A DNA stretch of 26,480 nucleotides, from the NCBI GenBank assembly GCA_963712115.1, contig CAVQGX010000069.1:1-26480 (forward strand). The letters run 5' to 3'. This stretch comes from an uncultured delta proteobacterium (GTDB lineage: Bacteria > Desulfobacterota > Syntrophobacteria > BM002). The position numbers and the translations under genes were made by a program. Under the pieces are notes generated by a model. The model was not told the origin of the DNA and searched no databases. It worked only from the letters and a program-made list of their open reading frames with translations. Within the stretch, counting starts at the first letter, position 1, and every line of letters starts with the position of its first letter. This document shows positions 16,732 through 23,228 of the stretch, piece by piece.

Positions 16732-17529
16732 GCCCTCTTGCAAACGCGCCTTCTCTTGGAACTCCTGAGGGGTAATCTCGTGGAGTGCATCTAGCAGCGA
16801 TACTACGAAGGACCCAGGAGAATTCGCCTTTGCCCCAGCAAGCTCTCCCGCCAGGCCGAAAAATGCGAGACCAGCTGCTGCGGCTTCAAGGGAGTCACTT
16901 GTAATGCTAATGAAGGCTGCGATTGCTGCCGTTGCAGCGCATCCGGTACCAGTCACCAAACCGAGAAGGGGGTGACCGTTATAGCAGCGAATGACTCTCT
17001 CGCCGTCAGTAACTAAGTCCACGGGACCGGTGATGGCGGCAACCGAGTCGATCTCCTTGGCCACCGTCTTTGCGGCCTCAAGGGCCTCTTCTGCTCCATG
17101 GGCCGTTTCCACTCCTTTGGTTCTTACATAATCAGAACCGATGGAGAGGATTTCCGAAGGGTTGCCCCGCACCACGCTTAGTTTCAGTTCTTTTATTAGA
17201 GTCCTGAAAGCATGGGTTCGAAAAGACGTCGCCCCAGAGCCCACCGGATCCAAAACAACCGGCAGCCCGAGTTCGTTCGCCTTTTTCCCAGCCTTTAGCA
17301 TTGATTCAAGCCATTGCTTCGAGAGTGTGCCGATGTTTATCACCAATGCGCCAGCAAGGGAAACCATCTCCTCCACCTCGTCAACAGCATGAGCCATGAC
17401 CGGCGAAGCTCCCATGGCAAGAAGAGTGTTGGCAGTGAAGTTCATAACCACGTAATTGGTTATGTTATGGACCAGAGGCCTCTTTTCCCTGAGCTTTTCC
17501 AACAACGACTTCAAGTCATAATCAACCAT
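16729..17529 (-). CDS. thiM: Hydroxyethylthiazole kinase
   Basis: PLVHNITNYVVMNFTANTLLAMGASPVMA, INIGTL, VLDPVG, RGNPSEI and VTGTGC motifs. ATG 17529 has a GGAG RBS. Confidence 0.97.
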   Translation of the reverse strand: MVDYDLKSLLEKLREKRPLVHNITNYVVMNFTANTLLAMGASPVMAHAVDEVEEMVSLAGALVINIGTLSKQWLESMLKAGKKANELGLPVVLDPVGSGATSFRTHAFRTLIKELKLSVVRGNPSEILSIGSDYVRTKGVETAHGAEEALEAAKTVAKEIDSVAAITGPVDLVTDGERVIRCYNGHPLLGLVTGTGCAATAAIAAFISITSDSLEAAAAGLAFFGLAGELAGAKANSPGSFVVSLLDALHEITPQEFQEKARLQEG

Positions 17530-17585
17530 TATTTTCTCCAATCATTGTGGCTTTGTATCTCTACAGGTCATACCAAACTGCATGG

Positions 17586-17684
17586 GGTGAGCGGTAAGCA
17601 GTAGGCGGTAAGCGGTTCAAAAAACCGTCCAACTTGCCAATCCCTTGCTTTCCTCTGCTTAGTGTTCACTGCTAACTGCTTACT
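17586..17684. repeat. Inverted heptamer arrays (GGTAAGC)x4 / (GCTTACT)x4
   Basis: GGTGAGC GGTAAGC AGTAGGC GGTAAGC at 17586-17613; GCTTAGT GTTCACT GCTAACT GCTTACT at 17657-17684. Confidence 0.8.
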
Positions 17685-17688
17685 AAAA

Positions 17689-18198
17689 TCACCATTTCTC
17701 ATATCTTACCAGTTCCGAAAGAGGCTTTCTTTTCTTGGCGGGGGGGTTATCAGCTGCGTAGCCAAGGGGAGTGAAGGCTATCGGTTCAACCCCTTCAGGC
17801 AAGCTCAAAACCTCCTTGGCTGTCGCAGGATTAAAAGCCCCGATCCAGCAGGTCCCAAGCCCTTCGGCGGTAGCAGCCAGGATCACATGATCCATGACAA
17901 TGGCAACATCCACGTCGTTGTAATTCTTACCGTCTTTCCTCACCCAGTTTTTGCCGGGAATACCGCAAGCGCAGATGACCATCGGGGGTTGGACAAACCA
18001 TTTTTTATTGTAAATCTGCAACAACTCGGCTTCGCGACCTGCCGTGTGGATGACAAGCAATTGGAAAGGTTGGATATTCACCGCTGTTGGTGCCAACCGC
18101 GCAGCCTCGAGAATTCGCTCTAGCTTTCCTTTTTCCACCGGATCTCTTTTATAAGATCGCACGCTGTATCTTTTTCGGGCCAGCTCTAGAAAGTCCAT
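17689..18198 (-). CDS. Nitroreductase family protein
   Basis: KRYSVRSY, EAARLAPTAVNIQP, LAATAEGLGTCWIGAF, LGY and RKPLSELV motifs. Confidence 0.95.
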   Translation of the reverse strand: MDFLELARKRYSVRSYKRDPVEKGKLERILEAARLAPTAVNIQPFQLLVIHTAGREAELLQIYNKKWFVQPPMVICACGIPGKNWVRKDGKNYNDVDVAIVMDHVILAATAEGLGTCWIGAFNPATAKEVLSLPEGVEPIAFTPLGYAADNPPAKKRKPLSELVRYEKW

Positions 18199-18256
18199 AA
18201 TTAATTTCTCCTGGTCACTTGTCTTTATTTGCCTAACACTTTTATAGCCTAAAGTG

Positions 18257-18307
18257 CCCTCCCCCTAGTCGGAGATCCCGCTGCAGTTTAGCGCGGACGG
18301 GGGAGGG
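18257..18307. repeat. Short palindromic element with nested hairpin
   Basis: CCCTCCCCC / GGGGGAGGG 9-bp IR enclosing an imperfect CCGCT..TAGCGCGG hairpin. Confidence 0.55.
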
Positions 18308-18466
18308 GTAACTATTTCCAGTTCCGGGGTTCGAAGGGTACTTTGAGAGCTAGAATGCTTGACTCTTAACAAAAGGATATTATCTTTGCAAGTGTACCTG
18401 TTTTGGGCGAAGCCCTTTAACCCAATTTTTGAATTTCAACCTACGTCATAAACTATGCCAAAAATA

Positions 18467-18495
18467 TTGACTCGCAACTGGTTTCCGATTAAAAT
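18467..18495 (+). promoter_or_regulatory. sigma70-type promoter for the Cys-rich leader / DUF2318 operon
   Basis: TTGACT-N17-TAAAAT. Confidence 0.65.
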
Positions 18496-18504
18496 ACTAG
18501 GTAA

Positions 18505-18915
18505 TTGAATCTGAGGAGAGTAATCCCTTTGTTGCGACAATCATTTGGGAAGATAATAACACTGGTGATCGCAATCTCCTTGCTCACCGGAGGTCTTGCA
18601 CCTGCCAACTCCAGATGCACAGCTCAGTGCTGTGTACAGGTTAAGGCACCGGTTGCAGATCTAGTTGCTGATTGCTGCTCTGGCCACGAAACCGCTCCCT
18701 GCCCCCGTACGTTGGAATCCAGCTCTGAGTTCAAAGATTATGCTCCTTCCGCCGTGGCACCAAATGTAAGCCCTGCCACGGTGATGATTGCTGCAGCTTC
18801 AAACAACAAGTTAACCCTACCTCGATCTCATTCCCTTTTGGCTGCCATGAGGAGTCCCCAAATCAGAGGGCCAGGCGTGCCTATCTACCTTCTCACCGAA
18901 ACCTTCTTGATTTGA
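18505..18915 (+). CDS. Exported Cys-rich small protein, candidate metal-responsive leader peptide
   Basis: N-terminal hydrophobic segment, CxxxCC and CC-x6-C clusters, C-terminal RGPGVPIYLLTETFLI. Start may be TTG 18529, after GAGGAG at 18513-18518. Confidence 0.7.
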   Translation: MNLRRVIPLLRQSFGKIITLVIAISLLTGGLAPANSRCTAQCCVQVKAPVADLVADCCSGHETAPCPRTLESSSEFKDYAPSAVAPNVSPATVMIAAASNNKLTLPRSHSLLAAMRSPQIRGPGVPIYLLTETFLI

Positions 18916-19106
18916 TACTTACCTTTCAGTCCGCTGTATCTCCATTGCCGTTTAATGTTGTCCCCATTTAGGGGTCAGCCCTTTACTTAGTACATTTCTC
19001 GTCTCGAGAGCCGAGTCTTTCAGACGTCCTGGTCAATTGGCTTAGTCATGATGACAAAATTAGAATGACCCATGTCAAGGATGACCACATATTAAAGGAG
19101 TTTGTA

Positions 19107-19682
19107 ATGAGCAAGAAGAATAAGAAAAAAAATGTGGCGGAAAAGAGTGCTTCCAAAAAGGAAGCCATCCTCAAGACCGAAACAAAGAGCCAGTCACCCC
19201 TTCGAACCTTACTCGTTGTGGCGGTCGTGGTAATAGGAGGTTTGGCCTTTTACCTGTTTCAGTCCGGTTTTGACAGCAAGCCCCAAGCCCGAACACCTGC
19301 CATTCAACCTGAAGTCTCTGCCACCGAAGTCTCCTTCCCGCTGCAAGCCTTCGCCGATGGCCAAGCCCAATATTTTCAGTACCCCACCAGCAATGGTGTC
19401 ACTGTTCGTTTCTTCGTCCTGAGAAGTTCCGATGGGGTGGTCAGGGCGGCCTATGACGCCTGTGACGTATGCTGGCGGGAAGGGAAGGGTTACTACCAGG
19501 ATGGAGACTTTATGGTTTGTCGCAATTGCGGCCAACGATTCGCCTCCGTTAAGGTTAACGAAATAAAAGGTGGCTGCAACCCGGCACCTTTGGACCGGAC
19601 GGTTGTGGGTGACAAATTAGTTATAAAGATTGCCGACATAGTCCAGGGAAGCCAGTACTTTGACCTTGCCAAGAGGAGCTAA
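19107..19682 (+). CDS. DUF2318 (FtrD-like, Fe-S/Cys-rich) membrane-anchored protein
   Basis: RAAYDACDVC, GYYQDGD.MVCRNCG and GGCNPAPL motifs; single TM helix. ATG 19107 has an AAGGAG RBS. Confidence 0.9.
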   Translation: MSKKNKKKNVAEKSASKKEAILKTETKSQSPLRTLLVVAVVVIGGLAFYLFQSGFDSKPQARTPAIQPEVSATEVSFPLQAFADGQAQYFQYPTSNGVTVRFFVLRSSDGVVRAAYDACDVCWREGKGYYQDGDFMVCRNCGQRFASVKVNEIKGGCNPAPLDRTVVGDKLVIKIADIVQGSQYFDLAKRS

Positions 19683-19684
19683 GC

Positions 19685-20842
19685 ATGACACTTAAAGACA
19701 TTGCTCTGCGCAACATCAGGCGGCGTAAGGCAAAGGCTGGTTTTGTTCTCGCCGGGCTACTCATAGCGGTTTCCACGGCAGTGGCCCTCCTGGGCCTGAT
19801 CGAAGCGATGAACCGCGACATCCAAAAGAAACTGGAGGAGTATGGCGCCAACATTCTAATATTGCCGAGAACAGAAAATCTCTCCCTCACTTACGGAGGG
19901 CTTTCGTTGGGGGGAGTTTCCTTTGAAATGCAGGAAATTCGGCAGGCTGATCTAGTCAGGGTAAAAGCCATCAAGAACGCTGCCAATGTAGCTGCAATGG
20001 GGCCCACGGTTCTCGGTGCTATCGAGGTGGACGACCGCAAGGTGCTTCTTGCCGGGGTCGACTTTCAGGCCACAAAGATCTTAAAGCCCTGGTGGCAAGT
20101 GGTGGGCACCGTTCCAAGCGATTTTGGTGTCCTCCTGGGATCCGAAGCAGCTCGCATTTTGGCACTGGGAACCGGAGATCACTTCAAGGTCAACGGCAGT
20201 GAACTCCAGGTGTCGGGTTTACTGGCACCCACCGGCTCTCAAGATGACCATCTCGTCTTCGCCCGCCTTGATACGGCCCAGTCCCTTCTGCACAAGCAAG
20301 GGCGGGTCTCCATGGTCGAGGTGGCAGCCCTTTGCACTGCCTGCCCCATTGAAGCGATGGTGAGTCAAATATCCAGGGCCCTTCCTGGCACTAAAGTTAT
20401 GGCAATTCAACAGGTGGTGCAGGGCCGCATGGAAACTCTGGACCATTTCAGAAAATTCTCCTACGGAGTCGCGGTCGTGCTGGTGCTGGTAGGCAGCCTC
20501 GTGGTTCTGGTGACCATGATGGGAAGCGTGAGAGAGCGGACTGCCGAGATCGGCATTTTCCGGGCAATGGGGTTTAGGCGGAGCCACGTGATCCGAATAG
20601 TCCTTTTGGAGGCGGGGATAATCTCCGCCGTGGCTGGAGTTTTAGGCTACCTGATAGGCTTCGGTTCCACCAAGGTCGCCCTTCCCTTCTTTACCGGTGG
20701 CAACGGTATAGCGGTGATTTTCGATCCAGTGCTGGCAGCTGGGGCATTTGCGGCGGCCGTAATTATGGGCCTGGCCTCAAGTGTCTACCCGGCGCTTCTG
20801 GCGGCCCGAATCGACCCCTCTGACGCACTGCGGACTCTCTAG
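19685..20842 (+). CDS. ABC transporter permease, MacB/FtsX (type VII) family
   Basis: IALRNIRRRK, YGANILI, large periplasmic domain, SVRERTAEIGIFRAMGF, YPA..AARIDP.DALR. Confidence 0.93.
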   Translation: MTLKDIALRNIRRRKAKAGFVLAGLLIAVSTAVALLGLIEAMNRDIQKKLEEYGANILILPRTENLSLTYGGLSLGGVSFEMQEIRQADLVRVKAIKNAANVAAMGPTVLGAIEVDDRKVLLAGVDFQATKILKPWWQVVGTVPSDFGVLLGSEAARILALGTGDHFKVNGSELQVSGLLAPTGSQDDHLVFARLDTAQSLLHKQGRVSMVEVAALCTACPIEAMVSQISRALPGTKVMAIQQVVQGRMETLDHFRKFSYGVAVVLVLVGSLVVLVTMMGSVRERTAEIGIFRAMGFRRSHVIRIVLLEAGIISAVAGVLGYLIGFGSTKVALPFFTGGNGIAVIFDPVLAAGAFAAAVIMGLASSVYPALLAARIDPSDALRTL

Positions 20843-21023
20843 CTCGGATGTTTCGCGGATTGACGTCGCGAGACCGTGGAGAAGGGTGTGCCACCGGGCA
20901 ATCGCAGGGGGTTGGATCCGAGGCGTACTTGAAGAGTACGTCGCAGGGTCCAGCACCCGAGGACGACCGGAAGGACGGTCTGATCCACGGTCGCAGCAGC
21001 CCATTCGTGAATCATCCGGGCTA
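20840..21023 (+). mobile_element. Palindromic element copy 4 (184 nt, most diverged)
   Basis: TIR TAGCTCGGATGTTTCGCGGAT / ATTCGTGAATCATCCGGGCTA. It begins exactly with the permease stop codon TAG. Confidence 0.88.
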
Positions 21024-21039
21024 CTTGGAGAAAAAAACT

Positions 21040-21768
21040 ATGAGTTACATTCAAGCGGAAAACCTAATAAAGCAATACGGTACTGGTGATGCCGCGGTTA
21101 TGGCTGTGGGAGGCATGAGTTTCCGCATCCAAATGGGTGAGTTTGTAGCAGTGATGGGAGAGTCGGGATCGGGAAAATCCACCCTCTTATCCGTGATGGG
21201 AGCTCTAAACACCCCCACATCAGGCCAATACTCGGTGGATGGACTCGAGGTCTACCATCTAAAACAGGATCAAAGGGCTGATTTTCGCAGGGAATTTTTG
21301 GGCTTTGTCTTCCAGAGTTTCCACCTTGTTCCCTACCTCACCATCTTGGAGAACGTCATGCTTCCACTAGTAACGGTCAAGACTAATGGAAGAACAAAGC
21401 GGGCCATGGCAGAGGATGCTCTGTCGAGGGTGGGCCTTGATGGCAAGGCTCACCGCTTACCAAGCCAAGTATCTGGTGGCGAACAGGAGCGCGTTGCCAT
21501 TGCCCGCGCCATAGTGAATGAACCACCAATCCTCCTTGCGGACGAACCATCGGGAAACCTGGACAGCAAAACTACTCGAGATGTAATGGATCTTCTCCAG
21601 AGCCTCAACCAAGACGGAATGACCATCGTCATGGTGACCCACAGCCCTGAGTGTGCGGGTTACGCTCGAAGATTGTTGCGTATTTCCGATGGTCTCCTGG
21701 TGGAAGATATTCCCATCAACGGATCAGCTAGAAATCTGGAGTGTTGGAGTATTGGAGTAATGGAGTGA
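21040..21768 (+). CDS. ABC transporter ATP-binding protein, LolD/MacB family
   Basis: GESGSGKST, FVFQSFHL, VSGGEQERVAIARA, LLADEPSGNLD, VTH. ATG 21040 has a GGAG RBS; the ORF-track extension from 20848 is repeat-derived. Confidence 0.95.
   Translation: MSYIQAENLIKQYGTGDAAVMAVGGMSFRIQMGEFVAVMGESGSGKSTLLSVMGALNTPTSGQYSVDGLEVYHLKQDQRADFRREFLGFVFQSFHLVPYLTILENVMLPLVTVKTNGRTKRAMAEDALSRVGLDGKAHRLPSQVSGGEQERVAIARAIVNEPPILLADEPSGNLDSKTTRDVMDLLQSLNQDGMTIVMVTHSPECAGYARRLLRISDGLLVEDIPINGSARNLECWSIGVME
21737..21768 (+). repeat. Octamer tandem repeat (TGGAGTRW)x4
   Basis: TGGAGTGT TGGAGTAT TGGAGTAA TGGAGTGA; contains the ATPase stop codon. Confidence 0.8.
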
Positions 21769-21834
21769 TGGAAAATGCAGGATGGGCATCGCCCACCTGG
21801 CAATATTCCTTTATATCGAGTGGAGTAAAGAGAA

Positions 21835-22287
21835 ATGGCAAAAAAGAAAAAGACACGATCGCAACAGATAAAGCAGCAACCTGTTAAGCAAAAACAGTCT
21901 AATTTTTGGATGATTACGACCATCGTTGCCGTGGTCTTACTGGTTGGCGTATCGGCGAAGACCATGTTTTCTCCCAGTGAGAACCCAAGATCAATCACGC
22001 CAATCCAGTCGACAACAGCACAGCCAATCACGATCCAGCCAAAAACCGTGCTGCCAACAGCCACCACGCTAGCTACAAATTCTGTGGAGGATCAGGTCCG
22101 CCAGGTGGCAGTGAATTTTAAATGCGCCTGTGGGGGCTGTGGAGAACTTCCATTGGCAGAGTGCCAATGCGACATGCCCGAGGGAGCGGTGGAGGAGAAA
22201 AGCTTCATCCGCACCAAACTAGCTGAAGGCTTTACCGTACCGGAGATCATAGACCTGGTGGACCAAAAGTACGGCCACCGTGCCTAA
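21835..22287 (+). CDS. Membrane-anchored Cys-rich protein with a CcmH/CycL-like C-terminal domain
   Basis: Lys-rich N-terminus, TM helix, Thr/Pro linker, FKCACGGC..LAECQC...FIRTKLAEG.T..EIIDLV..KYG. Confidence 0.72.
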   Translation: MAKKKKTRSQQIKQQPVKQKQSNFWMITTIVAVVLLVGVSAKTMFSPSENPRSITPIQSTTAQPITIQPKTVLPTATTLATNSVEDQVRQVAVNFKCACGGCGELPLAECQCDMPEGAVEEKSFIRTKLAEGFTVPEIIDLVDQKYGHRA

Positions 22288-22299
22288 TAGGTCACAAAG

Positions 22300-22338
22300 A
22301 AACTATCCCTCTTCCCTTTTCAGGGAGAGGGATAGTTT
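22300..22338. terminator. Bidirectional intrinsic terminator between convergent genes
   Basis: AAACTATCCCTCT / AGAGGGATAGTTT perfect 13-bp arms, plus an inner CCCT-TTTC-AGGG. Confidence 0.8.
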
Positions 22339-22369
22339 GAGTTAATATTTTTATGCGGCTGGTTACAGT

Positions 22370-22885
22370 TTATTGGGAGCAGGGACCGTAGCCCTGACCG
22401 TAATGCCGGCCATGCTGGCCGTATCCACCGCGGTGACCGTACTGTCCGTGATGATGGTCCCGGCCGTGGCCTTCCCCGTATCCTCTATCAGATCCTCGAC
22501 CAAAGCGGGCATTGGGCGCTATCTTGCGGGCTTCGAGCTCAAAATCTACCCGTTTATCGGCCATTTTGGCTTTGAGATCGCTGATCTCCTTTTGCAGGGT
22601 CCTAACTTTCGTGGCATCCGGGTTGGATGACTCGAGTAGGGTGTCCAGCTCAGCCGACTTGTTCCAGATTTCTTCTCTCAGCTTGGCCGTGTCGTTGACA
22701 AACTTCTCGTGCAGCTTGTCCAGTTCTACCTGCTGACTCTCGGTTACATCTCCCCCCTCAACCCAGCAAGGTCCGGAGCCGGGGCCGCCATAGTTCTTAC
22801 CCCCTCCCCATCTGTGGGCAAAAACAGGAGCCGCTAGAATGCCTACCATGAACAGAATACCAAGTGTCATCAAAACTTTTCTCAT
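22370..22885 (-). CDS. zraP: ZraP/Spy-CpxP family periplasmic protein with a His/Gly-rich tail
   Basis: Signal peptide, VTESQQ (LTxxQ-like), LREEIWNKSAEL..LL....PD..KVRTLQKEISDL. Divergent from a zraSR-like pair. GGAGGT RBS before ATG 22885. Confidence 0.82.
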   Translation of the reverse strand: MRKVLMTLGILFMVGILAAPVFAHRWGGGKNYGGPGSGPCWVEGGDVTESQQVELDKLHEKFVNDTAKLREEIWNKSAELDTLLESSNPDATKVRTLQKEISDLKAKMADKRVDFELEARKIAPNARFGRGSDRGYGEGHGRDHHHGQYGHRGGYGQHGRHYGQGYGPCSQ

Positions 22886-22938
22886 TTTTTTAACCTCCAT
22901 TAACTGATCAAATTTCTCGCTCTTCGCTTATCCTTATG

Positions 22939-22953
22939 GCAATGTGCGTGCCA
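22939..22953 (-). promoter_or_regulatory. sigma54 promoter of zraP
   Basis: TGGCAC-GCACA-TTGC, exact consensus. Confidence 0.9.
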
Positions 22954-22967
22954 AAAAATCTTCATCA

Positions 22968-22980
22968 AATCAACCTGTTG
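22968..22980 (+). promoter_or_regulatory. IHF binding site
   Basis: AATCAACCTGTTG matches WATCAANNNNTTR and lies between the sigma54 promoter and the candidate enhancer. Confidence 0.7.
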
Positions 22981-23048
22981 AATTTACACACATTTAACGC
23001 CAAGCAATCAGAAGAACAGGCCACTCTCCTTGACGTTACACCTTAGAG

Positions 23049-23107
23049 TGGATACTTTTTATCCATGTTTGCTGTCAAAAAGTATGCAGGTGGATAAAAA
23101 ATATCCA
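23049..23107. promoter_or_regulatory. Two palindromic candidate activator (ZraR) binding sites
   Basis: TGGATA-CTTTT-TATCCA (23049-23065) and TGGATA-AAAAA-TATCCA (23091-23107), 42 bp apart. Confidence 0.75.
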
Positions 23108-23228
23108 TCGATTTTTTCTTTTAATCGGAGAGGTAACTACTGGGAAAGTTTGAGTCAAGTGGGGCAGTAAAGGAATTGGTTCAAGAAAATGGGCCCTGGC
23201 CCACTAATTGCTCTATTGAATAACTGAG

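Noticed and set aside
17530-18460. TPP riboswitch upstream of thiM or the nitroreductase
   Set aside because: No CUGAGA / ACCUGA core seen on the minus strand in the intergenic parts. This is by eye only; an Infernal scan would be decisive.
18446-18460. sigma54-like TGGCAT-AGTTT-ATGA on the minus strand
   Set aside because: It lacks the -12 GC and lies far from the nitroreductase start.
18913-18915. Further selenocysteine read-through at other TGA stops (18913, 17689, 21766, 25029)
   Set aside because: These fall at natural family C-termini, with no redox motif or conserved-looking continuation.
20848-21039. 64-aa N-terminal extension of the ABC ATPase
   Set aside because: Repeat-derived and without an RBS; the family-typical start with GGAG is at 21040.
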